DNA of 64,000 bases from Salisapilia sapeloensis CBS 127946 (lineage: Eukaryota > Protista > Oomycota): NCBI GenBank assembly GCA_023334545.1, contig JAADVB010000060.1, positions 19,068 through 83,067 on the forward strand, in the 5' to 3' direction. Each line of letters opens with the position of its first letter. Positions within the stretch are counted from its first letter, which is position 1. A program made the translations under genes and the position numbers. Below the pieces are notes generated by a model, which was given only the letters and a program-made list of their open reading frames with translations, ran no database searches and was not told the DNA's origin. Positions 12,582-24,500 of the stretch are shown here, piece by piece.

Positions 12582-13158
12582 ATGGCGGAGACTGAGGTAC
12601 CTACCGGCGGGAGCAAGATCATGCATGACACAGCCCAAGGGGCGGCCTTTGGCTTTATCTATGGCTCGATCCAGTCCGTCTGGGCCATCCCGCGACTCGG
12701 AGACCAGCTCCCGAAGCTGTCGATGCAGCTGAGCCACATTGGTCGCCACACGATGGTCTTTGCCGGCGTTGGTCTTCTCTTCTCTGCTAGTACCGAATTT
12801 GCTGTACGTGTTTTCATATGCACAATTGTGTCATGACAAGTTTGCATGTATATTAATATGTTGGTATATACTTGCAGGAAGCTATTCGCGCCAAGGACGA
12901 TGCGATCAACGCTGGTGTTGGTGGTCTCGTTGCCGGCACGACTATCCCAGCGATGCTGACGAAGAACGCTCGTCTGGCTGCTGCTACAGGAGTCATCGCC
13001 GCGGCTGGCATGACTGCTGCTTCCTTCTGGTACGACTCTCCTTCCTCAAATACACCGCGAAAGATCATTAACGTGATATTGCATCGTACGACAGGGAAAA
13101 ACAGAGTGACAGTGCTTTCGACAAGTATCGTGAACGTCGCTTTGCGGATCGCCGCTAA
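12582..13158 (+). CDS. Tim17/Tim22/Tim23-family mitochondrial inner-membrane protein, 3 exons
   Basis: Gly/Ala-rich helices (GAAFGFIYG; FAGVGLLFSASTEFA-EAIRAKDDAINAGVGGLVAG) typical of the family. Introns 12804..12877 and 13030..13094 give the end FWEKQSDSAFDKYRERRFADRR*. Confidence 0.8.
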
Positions 13159-13658
13159 GACGTGTCTTGTGGACTTTTCACGTCCGATGTAGCCAACTCC
13201 AAGGACGATGGAAATACAGTCTTCCTTTTCTTTTCTACTTGGCACAAGCTCACATAGTCATGAGGTCAGATCTATCCGTACTTGTCGCCACTTGTACAGG
13301 GGAGAATCGTATGAGGAATCGCATGCGACCTTTCCACTACCAGCTTGCATTTAGACTTGATTTCACTATGGTTTCCTCTACCGCACGTCGCTATTCTTAA
13401 ACCACGCCGTCGGTTCATCTCTAGAGAAGTAGACGTGCTTGTAAAGGCAGAAGCATACGTCTATTCAGTCTTGGTCTATCTTGTTCCTTGTATCACTTGT
13501 CTAGTGCAAGGGTAGACTTGTCTTCGATATCGGCACAAGTATTCTTTCGTTCTTCCTAGATCCTAGTTATCCGGTAGAGAGTACCTGCTACTGGTCATTT
13601 TCTCCTTGTCGATCAAGTTTAAGGCCATTTTCCAAGTGCCGATTGAGAACAAGGTCGG

Positions 13659-16600
13659 ATGGGCGACGAAAGTGAGTACACGCCATCGAAGACGACGGCC
13701 AATGTCATTGAAATCCCGTACACGACGCCACAGCATTCACTTGCGATGCAATCGAGACGGGCACCGGCCGTTCGTCAAGCTCTCGTTGCTTCCAATTGTA
13801 CGTCTATCGTTTGATTTTCTTTAATGTCTACTTTGGTCATTAACATGTCTTGTGTCTAGTGGTCAATTGCACCGTCGAGAGCTGGATGACTGCGATCGAT
13901 GAGAATGCAGGCAAGTGGGAGGAAGGGGAGAGTGCAGTGGATAAGGAGGTCTTCATAAGCACATTACGCCTTCTCCCAACACTTCGGACGGGAGAAGCGT
14001 TCCAACCGGTGGAAGAGACCCTCGATCGGATCTACCAGTCCTTCCTCACGGCTGACCGAGGTGACCGCTATCAGCTCGCCATTGCCTGTCTCCCGCTATT
14101 ACATGGTTCTATGCGAAAGAAAGTAAGAGCTGCGTTACGACTATGTCTACAGAGTTCCGACGAGAACTCGGAAGCAGACAGTCGCGTCGCAGCAAGTGCC
14201 TTGACGACAGCACTCACGGATCTTTTGCTATCGATAACTGCCATCTTTGACCTCGAATCATCTAACGTCACGGAAGAAGAGGAAGAGTCGAAGAGTACGG
14301 AAGAAGACTTGTCCAAGCCAGCTGCAGACGTCATTGCCGAATGCGTGCAAGAAGTTGTGGAGCAATTGTATCGCGATAATGAGCTCGAGCCGGACGCGAC
14401 GGCAGATTTTGAAGAACACGTATGGCCGTGGATGGAAAAGAATGAAGCGAGTGCGATTCCGTGGTTGAAACTCGTAGACCATTCCAAGTGGCCGATGACG
14501 AGAAGGTTTACGAAACCAGCATCCAAGGCATCGAATGCATCTCCCCCACCTTCATCTCATGAAGATGAGAATGGAGAAGAGGAGGAAGGAGAACAAGCAG
14601 GATTGAGTTTCCAGTTCTCCAGTGTCGAAGGAGGAGACGTTAGCATCGGTCCAGAACAAGCGGATATTCTCTATGACTTGCTCCTCCAGTCGGCCTTAAC
14701 AAAGCTGACGCCTATGACGATGTACGAGACATTCGTGTGCCACACGGACGACGGATTGTTGGAAGCGGATACGTTCATCGATGCTGTCGAAGAGCTCATT
14801 AGCATGACCGGCGTGCCGCATTTGATCCATGACAATACTTTTTTGGATATTATCATTGAGATCTTCCGTAGCTACTTGACGAAAGACGGTGTCAAAGTCG
14901 ATGCGTATGAAGTTGCAGCTGGCTTTAGTCTCTTTGCATGGGGCTCAAAAAGTGACAAGCTCGGTGCAGCATTCCATTACTTTGATGCCGAAAGCAAAGG
15001 TCATTTAGACCGAGCACAGTTCTGGCGTTTCCTTCGATCCGTCCTGATTATGCTCCTCTACTTGTCTCCACCGGATGAAGCTGCTGTGAGTACGTACGGT
15101 TCGATCGTGGAGCTCGTGGATACAGGTGAAGAGGATATCATGAACATTGTCATGTGTGAATTGGAAGATGAAGAAGATGAAGCTGAGAATGAAGATGCAG
15201 GAAAGGACAAGGAGGCACTAGAACCGATGCATGAATTTGCTTTTGAAGACTTTGGAGAGTGGTATAATGCCGGTGGTTTCACGGCCATGAGCTGGTTGGA
15301 GTTGTTGGATTTACGCAAGTGGATCTTTGTCACACCGGACTTTGATGTCGATGGACTTGATGTCCAAGCAGTCGACCCGGCAGTTGCTAGCACGAGGTAT
15401 TATACCATGAACAACATCCAAGTGGATGTAGATGCCGAGAGTGAGACGAATAGCTTTACGGCTGGTGACAATACGTTCACGTACGGTCACGTGATTAAAG
15501 AGATGGACGATGAAGATGATTTGGAGAGTAGTGACACGAGCTCCAAAGTGCGAGAGAAAGCAGGCTTGTCACATAGTTCATCTAGTGCGAATCTGTCTCG
15601 AGCAGGCAGTAACGTCGGCAGTACGATGCCTGCTATCGTCTTGAAGAACGAGATCGTCCTCGAGTTTGATCTTCCGTTCGATACGACTGACGACTCAGTG
15701 TCTGAACTCCCGTTGACGACGCTTAGCTTTGATAATGGCGACTTGATCGTGTATAGTGAACTCCAGCGTGTGACGAGACTACGACAGGTTGAGCTCTTCC
15801 GTCTCTACGATACGTTCGATCCGTACATGGCGCCTGGAGCTCCTCCTTATATCGACAAGAGTACCTTTAACACGTGCATTAGCAAGTTGCTACCGAGAGA
15901 TGTGTCTCCAGGTGTCGCGAAAGCATTTTCGGTGCATGCGAATACGAGGATTCCGCCTCGAACAGTCGGACGAGGAGAGGATGACAAGATGGTGGCAGAT
16001 ACACTCACACGTCTTTTCTTTGCGTTCAATCGTGGAGGTATGGGTCAGATTGATCTCGTCGAGTTCCTATCGGCATTCACGATGTTCTGTGCTGGATCAA
16101 AGAGCGAGAAACTTGCGTTTGCGTATCGATTGTTTGATAATGATCGAGATGGATGCTTAAGTCTTCGTGAGATGTGGAAGTACTTGCGATCGTTCTTGAC
16201 CATGATGCTTGCACTCGGGAACGGATCCGATCTGTCGGCAGAAGCCATTGCTAGTGTCGCGGATACGACGTCTATCGGTATCACGAACGCTATCTTTATC
16301 GACTTGCAGAAGAACACGGGTAGGTCTTCTGGTGACGGCAACGGTCGTCGTCACCCGAGGTCTTTATCCGACGATGGATTGGACCAGTCGGATGGCAACA
16401 GTGGTGTCGTATCGTTCGAAGAGTTTGCTCGATGGTACTCGACGGATGGATTTAATATCATCGCGTGGGTCGAACTCTTGGACTCGAAGAAATGGCCAGA
16501 AGTGGATCCACAAGTCTCGGACGTCATTCTCAAGTACATTTGGCGTCAGCAACAAGCGATTGCCAATGCTGCACAACGAACTTCGGATCCAGAATCTACT

Positions 16601-19600
16601 TCATCAAACGATACAGTGTCTTCGAATGAAAGTGGACGTCGCGAACGTAATTCTTCTTTAGATAATTCATATCCCGAGACCGTACGGAGTAACTTGGAGG
16701 ATAATGAGACTGGCGTGGAGCACCTTGCGCCATCCTCTCAGCGTCTATCGAGCTCAGCTAAAGACTTGTCGTCTGTAGCACTCCAATTCCAACTCACGAG
16801 TTATGATAATATGGTCCTTCGCATTCGTCTAAAAGACGTTGCGATCGTCTACACGATCTCGGAACGCATGAACTTTAGTGCCATGTCGATTAATAAGCTA
16901 AAGAAATTACTGGACGAACATGCGCATGGACGGATGCTGACCAAGACTGGCTTCCTACGTGCTATGCGGCAGATGGTGCCTCGAGAGGAACTCACAAACG
17001 ACGATCAAGAGTTCCTATCCTTCCATCTCATGCGTGTCTTTACCTTATTCGAGAGCGAGACATTGCTTGAAGAAGAGGAGGAAGACGGGCAGCGACAGGT
17101 GAACTCGATGGCGAGTTCGAATGGTATGTCTACGGTACAGAAGCTGCTGCTTACGACAGGGTTGAGTATCTTTTGCGGAACAACTAAGAGTGCCAAGCTC
17201 AGTGCACTCTTTAAGCTCTTCGATCCCCAACGCAGTGGCTTTGTCTCCCGTCGTCAACTGTTTGAAATGCTCAAAAGTATTCTCGTTGTCCTCTTCGCCT
17301 TCTCTAGCTACAGTGCCTCCAAGACCCATAGTAACGACACGAGTACGTCGAACTCTTGGAGCACGAACTCGGCGGCAGAGAAAGCGGCAGGTGCAGTAGT
17401 ATCGAAATTGTTTTCCGAAGCTCGATCGAAACACTCGGATGCCGTGAGTCTATCGGAGTTTGCTTCGTGGTATGCTGCAGGTGGGTACATGGATTGTCCG
17501 TGGCTTGAACTTCTCGACTTGTCCAAGTGGCCGGCAAAAGAAGCGTTTGAAGCGAGTAAACGGGAGAAGCCTCTCATGTATGCGTTTGAAATGGCGGATG
17601 AAGGGAGTATTCTTAACTTTACAGAGCATGATATTGCCAACTACTTGTCTGTCGTGACGTCCACCAAGCTCCGAGAGCTTAGTGTCAACAAGGTGTACGA
17701 TGCTCTATTAGCCTACGCGACTCCGTCTCCAGAAGAAGTACGAAAGAGGTCGATGGCAGAAGATCCGAGTGCCTCTGGACTTAGCCAAGCCTACTCGTAT
17801 GCTGCAGTTGAAGAGGATGAAGGTGCTTACCTCGAGATCACGCGTAGTAACTTTTACGCTTGCATTCGTAGTCTCGTGCCGAAGCAGCATATGCCAGAGA
17901 AGTCTCAGAAAGCAGCATCGAAGCTCTTGACGCGACTCTTTAATGTGTTTGATCGGAAAGGAGCTGGGAGAGTGAATGCATTGGAGCTTGCGTGTGGCAT
18001 GAGTATCGTCGGTAAAGGCTCCAAGAGTCAGAAACTGTCCATGGCGTTTGACTTTATCATGCGCATGCGACAGCAACGACGTCGTACGCTCGGTCAGTTT
18101 ACGACAAACCTCGGTGGTGTCGATAGCACGGCACCTGGCGTCCAGAGCAGTACGAATACAGGTACAGCCACAGGATTTGGTTTCCCCGTCACGAATGGAC
18201 TTGTGGCGAGTAGTAACTACGCGACAGCCACACGTCGAACGAATGCGCAGAATGACGACATGAATGCACTTCCTCACTCGGTGCTCTTCATCTACCTCCG
18301 TTCCTTCCTCCTAGCTCTTATGGCACTAAGTGACGGAACGTATCGTCTTGGTCTGGAAAAGATTTACGTCGAAGCAGATGACTTTATTGAAGAAGCGATG
18401 GGGGATTTAATGACCGACGTGACTAATCAAGGTCCGAATAACCCACCGACGAGTTCTAGTAACCTCGCTGGATTTGGAAGTGCGCGATCACGTGTCCAAG
18501 TCACATTTGAACAGTTTGGCGAGTGGTACAATAACGGAGGTTTCCAACTCATTTCCTGGGTCGAGCTCTTGGACGTCGAGAAGTGGGCACAAGAAGCTCA
18601 GATGGACCAGACGAACTCGACGGCAAGTGCTGCGCCACCGACGGCAGGGAGTGTCTATAGCAGACACATGCCGGTGATGGGATCTCAGCGGACGAACATG
18701 AGTGTCACGGCGTCTACCCAAGCGATTGAACCACTTAAGACAACTTCGTACAGGAGTAAACAGCCGAGTACACGTCGGAAGCAAGTGCGACGTAGTGACA
18801 TTGTGCTTGCGCCGAAGGAAGGTGAAGGTGGACATGAGTCGGAAAGCGACGGGCATAGAACCAAGGAGCGTCGAGAGTCTCTGGATGATATGGGACTTAA
18901 TACGGAAGGTCCGGTGATGGTCTTCGCCATTGCACCGGATGCTGCAGAGCTCCAGTTCTTCCATGAAGACATCAATCGCCTACGTGTCTTCATGGCGCAC
19001 ACGCAGCTGCATAACATTTCTGCTTTGCATCTTAGTGGTGCGTTGAGTCAAGCTCTGGACGTTGATGTGAGCAGCTCTGCGCTTTCTCTTGCGCCCGTAG
19101 GTACCTTTATGGATGCTGTGGAGCAATTGTGTGCTGCCAGCAGTGAGACGGGATACCTCACGAATGAATCAGAGGATCTACTCCAGTCTCTCCTTGCTGT
19201 CTTTGCACGTGAATCAGGTGAAGAGGAGGAAGATGATCAAGTGGATGTCGTCAGTGCCATTTGTGGTCTCATGGTCATCTGCAGCGGCACGATAATCGAG
19301 AAACTGAAGTGCGGTGCACAGATGCTGGAAGATGATTTGGACGAGAACGCTGTGATTGTGAAGATGGGGACACTTCGAGCGTTGCTAAGTAGCTTCTTGA
19401 TGGCGTTCTACGGCATTAGCAGCTCGCTAAGTCCTGAGATTGTACGTTCCTCGGCTGATTTAGGCGCGAGAGATGTCTTACAAGCGTTTGAGAATGTCGA
19501 ATCCCCATCGTCTTCTACGGACATGGCGACGTTTGAAGAGGACGTGAAGCCTGCGATGGACGATGCAGACTGGCAGCGCAAGATTTCGCTAAAGGAGTTT

Positions 19601-19717
19601 AGCGATTGGTTTAGTGAAAGCGGGAACTACTCCCTTCCGTGGCTTGAGCTTGCTGAACTCGAACGTTGGCCACCGGCTATTAACGTCTGCGGCACGGATG
19701 TATCGACTGGTGTGTAG
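13659..19717 (+). CDS. Very large multi-EF-hand protein built of repeated neuronal-calcium-sensor/recoverin-like modules, 2 exons
   Basis: The 1955-aa ORF has repeated G-x-KS-[DEAQ]-KL...F..FD EF-hand segments (e.g. FDNDRDGCLSLRE, FDAESKGHLDRAQ). First exon 13659..13797 (MGDESEYTP...) joins in frame via intron 13798..13859. Confidence 0.85.
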
Positions 19718-19904
19718 TGCATACGCTTGGACACTTTTTAGGTTAATGCTTTTGATTTCAAAAAAAACTATTTCATTCATTTCATCCTACTCGTGTATCC
19801 GGAACGACAAACGGAACGTGTATTCGGTACTTGCGAGAGTCTTTGGCAGTCTGCAAAATAATAGCTTCAAAAGCGACCGCCAAGAGATGCGGAACGTCTC
19901 GAGT

Positions 19905-20996
19905 CTACAGATCGTACGATGTACTTGGACGCGAATACTTGTCGTTACTGCCAGTCGTACTGATCGCGTGCAATTGTTGCAGGTCGGAGTCACGATGCGG
20001 CTGGACACCTTGCTGCGTTGAATTACGCGCGGTTTGTGTAGTGGAATAAAATGCTGTACTTCCCTGGTCTGGTGTCTTGTCGAGCGTTGATTTCTGATCG
20101 TTCGGCGGTTCCAGCACGGCGACGGCACTCCCTCCAGCCTCATCTTCTTCCTCCTGCTTTCGTTTCTTCTCTTGTTGTTTATTCCACAACGCACGTGCGG
20201 AGACTAGGATGGAGAAGAAGGCTGCGACTGCACCAGCGATCGTGACTGCCCATTTCCATGGAGCCAGTGTGTCACAGGCAGGGGGGTTGGACCAATCGCT
20301 CACGCATACGCACTCGTCGTTAATAATGGAAGCACGCTGGAGATTGCAGTCGGCGTTTTTATCTTTATGCTCGGATTCTGACTCGTCCTTGCTTTCCTCC
20401 TTCTTGTGTGTGGGAGCTGGGGGTGCGCTTTCTGAACACGTATCATCACCGTCGCCTTCGAGCACCTTGACCTTGACTTCCCCCGACGCGTGTCTGCATG
20501 TATCATTTCCCCATCCTCGCATGATGATGTTGCCAACATTCTTGGGGCAAATCATGAAGTAGTCATCCGCCGTCTTCGCCTTGGAGTCCTGAAGATTCGG
20601 TGTATCGGTTTTCTTCTGGTTCTTTCGGATCCTCAAGAACGTGACTTCTTTGACGTCTTGCCATTGGAACTTAAGCCATTGCCCCGTCTTGATCGTCGGG
20701 GTCGTTCCGTCCGAATCGAATTCGACGTCCGAGGAATAGTCTGGCTGCGAAAAGGTGCCGCAGTCAAAGCAGCAGAGTCCCCCACTTTGGCATTGGCTGA
20801 AGACAGTCGGGTCGAAGTCGATGGGTCCGCTGGCTTTCTGTGTTAGACATTTATCGCAGCACGGGCTATCACTCTTCGAGCTCGAGTCGAGTCGACGAAT
20901 CCACTGTGTGTACGGGAATTGTTCCTGTGCGGCCACAGTGACTGTGATTGCACACGCCCATAATCCGAATAGAGTCAAGAATCGTGACGCTTTCAT
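19905..20996 (-). CDS. Secreted/single-pass membrane protein with Cys-rich, beta-sandwich-like and EGF-like segments
   Basis: Signal peptide MKASRFLTLFGLWACAITVTVAA, CCDKC...CCFDC cluster, EGF-like CNLQRASIINDECVCVSDWSNPPAC, TM helix WAVTIAGAVAAFFSILVSA, and a basic stop-transfer segment. Confidence 0.8.
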   Translation of the reverse strand: MKASRFLTLFGLWACAITVTVAAQEQFPYTQWIRRLDSSSKSDSPCCDKCLTQKASGPIDFDPTVFSQCQSGGLCCFDCGTFSQPDYSSDVEFDSDGTTPTIKTGQWLKFQWQDVKEVTFLRIRKNQKKTDTPNLQDSKAKTADDYFMICPKNVGNIIMRGWGNDTCRHASGEVKVKVLEGDGDDTCSESAPPAPTHKKEESKDESESEHKDKNADCNLQRASIINDECVCVSDWSNPPACDTLAPWKWAVTIAGAVAAFFSILVSARALWNKQQEKKRKQEEEDEAGGSAVAVLEPPNDQKSTLDKTPDQGSTAFYSTTQTARNSTQQGVQPHRDSDLQQLHAISTTGSNDKYSRPSTSYDL

Positions 20997-21519
20997 TCTT
21001 CGTCTAAGTCGTTGCAATCTGAATCCGAAGTGTTAGAGAGGTAGCAAGGAGGCAAGCATTCAACGGACGCGCGCTGAGGAGTTGTGCGTCGCACTAGCGT
21101 TTGCTTCGAATCGATCGTTACGTAGGTGATTGGTCCTCAAACCGGCTTGCGCCCCCACTTCTTAGGATTTAACTATGCGACAGGAGGCGTGTCGTCCCTA
21201 CATCATGTCGTCGATCGTACAGCTTGGCCAAACCTACCACTGTCCCGCTCGATGGATGTAAAATCTAAGAGGAGTCTACTGGCGCTACAAGACGATCTTG
21301 TCTGCAAGATGACGGACAGACAACACGGACACTTGTCTACTTCGTGTAACTAGAACTCGTAGACAAAGAAGCTCTGAATTAGATGTGGTATAGAGTGGTC
21401 AAGCTTAATCGATCTCTGCGCATACAACAACAAGAAAAAATATCCATTAGGCGTGCGTAAATCGTGTTTTGTATAAAAATCGATCAACTAAGCTGCGCAT
21501 CGGATCGGATAAAAAAGCT

Positions 21520-24500
21520 TTACATTCGCCAGACGCGGCTGTTGGTCTCGGCCTCGAGCTCCGAGTCCGGAAATTGACGCGATTGCAATAACGATTGAGA
21601 TCGAGGCTGATTCGCAGGATACGAGATCTGCTCCTGGAACAGATTGTCCGGCAGATTCTCCAGCTCTTCGATCATCGTGCCTTCATATAACGAATCTTCC
21701 TGAGCTGGCATCGTCGGTCTCGTGCGCACTTCACTAGTCTGCTGCGGTCCATCCTGATATGTCGCCGAGTTCCGATTAAACGTCTGCGAGTAGTGCCACT
21801 CTTGTTCCGTCTGCCTATCACTCGTTGGCGTCGTGCTCCGATTGTAAGGCGTCGAAGTAGCGTCTGTGCTCAAGCTAAACTGGCTGCTACCACTGTGGGA
21901 ATGGTGCAGTTCAGGAGGTAGACGCTGACCTTGCGTGTTGGGTGTAAACGCATTCACAGCTCGAGAGTTCATGATCGCCTGCATGATCCGACGACGTCGT
22001 TGCTGGTCCATCTTACCACCACCTGATGCTTTCGGACCGTCTTCTCCAGCCTCTGCTCTCTGTCGAGCTTCTGCCGCCTCGCGTTCCTTCTGTCGACGCT
22101 TCTCTCCCTTGAGTTGAATCGCTCCTTGCTTCGTACTGGCACAGTAGAGGAAGAGGACGACCGTGAGTGCCATGCAGCAGACGCAGAAGACGAACATGGT
22201 GGCTGCGAGAGACGGAGATAAGAAGTAGACGAGTCCCTGGACAACGTACGAGACGCAGAGTGAGATGCAGAAAAAGAGCGTACGTCGACGCATCGGGAAC
22301 ATCTCGAGAGCCGATAGATTTGACACGTTCAAGAGACTCAGACCAGACACGACGTAGATCATGACAGCGATCACCTGCACGGACGCATCAGACTTGCCAC
22401 CCGTCGCAGCGTCTGCGATACCAGCAATAAGCGACGCCAGCGCCAGAAACGGCGTAAAGTCCTTGAGGAGTGTCTTGCGCCTGACATTGTCGACCAAGAT
22501 GCTACCGAACGCTAGACCAAAGCCGCAGCTCATACCAAAGTACATGGGCCAACGGTTGGTAAACGTCCCTTTTTCATCTCCGTCTTCATCTTCCTTCTCG
22601 ACGGACAGACGTGGGAGCATGGCTTGTGATAAGAAGAGTCCGAACATGGCTTGCAGACAGATGGTGAAGGCGATGCGGAACGTCATGTTGACGTCCTCGA
22701 TCTTACCTGTCATCTCGTCTTGCACAGCCTTGATATCCGCATCAACTTTCTGTCGCCTACGCAATGTTACGAAGGATTCTCGAGCTGGCTCCGGTTTACC
22801 TCGAGCAATGAGCCAGACGGGGCTCTCGGGTAGGAACCAGAGCGCGACGAAGAGCACGAAGAGCATAGGTGCGACGACGTAGATCGGCTGGAGACACCAC
22901 GTGTACTGGGGTTTGTTGCTAAACTGTTCCGACATAGAAGTGATATCTGAGCTCGCTTGCATCGAGTTATGGACGAGGTATCCCATCATGGCACCTAAGA
23001 GGAAGATCCCGACGCTCTTTCCTCGCCATCCTTTCGTACAGATCTCAAACGCCCACAGCAGATAGTTCATGAACACCATGGCACTACCGGCATTCGCTAG
23101 AGCAATCGATGCTGTGATGACACCAGTGCTCGGTGTGAAGTTAAGTCCGAGGGAGACGGCGATAAGTATGGCACCAATGCAAATATTCCACTTGCGACCA
23201 AGGAGTTTTCCGAGACCGTAGCTGATAGCAATCGCCAATATGGATGCGACGGCACCAATGAGCTTGGCATATCCGTTGCTCATAAAGTCCAGATAGTTCT
23301 TCCCGTCATTTGCAAATGTCTCCGTGACAAAGTAATAGAAGCTCTTGTTGATAAAGTTGTCACTCGGATCATTTACATAGCCAAGTCCCATTAGGAAACT
23401 TTTCATGAAGCCAAAGATGAAGCCGACGAGGAGACCCATGAGGATCGCTAGAGAGGCAGCAACTTCCGAACCAGAACTCAATGCACGAGAGAAACCGCCA
23501 TTGTACATCATACGTGTCTGGAGGATGCGCATGAACGGGAGTAGGGAGAGAATGAAGAGTGGGAGGACGAGGAAGACACTGACGATGATGTCCATGAGGA
23601 AACCAAGAGACGAGATCGGACGCCAGTGCGCGACCTTGAAGCCGTAGACGCCGTGCATGGCGACACCATACTGGCAAATGGTGTTGAGGCCGAGGATGAT
23701 GCACACGGTGAGCGTCACTGCCTTGAGCATGGACCATCCGGCGATGAGGCAGATGATCAAGGGAAGGAGCGTGAGGCCAGAGAGCGTGCCGACCATGTAC
23801 ACGATGCCACGGATCATGAGCAGTTTGGACTTTTGGCGACTGCCCATGGTCATGCTCACCATGCGATTGCCAAACCAGAGCATGAACCACGCACCGAGGA
23901 TCATGGGCACTAAGAGACCGAGCCATCCTAAGGAGAATTGTGTCGTGAAGACATAATACATGGCAATGGGGAATCGAAGTTCACGCAGACAGTATGTGAG
24001 TCTACCCATGCCTCCGAGGTTGGCATTCAAGTCCACATCTTCCTTCCACCATTCAATCCATCCGTCTTTCGGGACAGGAATCGTGTGTGCCGTGGCAGGA
24101 GCTTCATCCTGTGCGACTTCATCTTCATTTCGCACACGCATCATCCAGGCAAACCAGTTGGAGATATCGATATTCGTCTTTGCGAGTACGAGACCGTCGG
24201 TATTGAAGATGAAAGGCGCCATGAGCCAGCACGAGCCAAGCAGCAGGACTGCAAAGGATGCTAATCCAAAGCTCTGTCCACCAGATGATCCATAAGCAGC
24301 CAAGTTGGTGATGTTCTCCGGCACTTTCTCCGGTTCATCTTTACAGTCAAAGTCGGCGTTTTCACAAAAGTCATCGAGAGCATCGACACCGAGGGAAAAG
24401 TTGGCGTAAAGACCATAGAGACCCATGATACCAATGAGCTCTACAGCCTTACGAAAGTGAGAGACACCATACTCTTTAAAGAAGCTGACCATCGGGTCTC

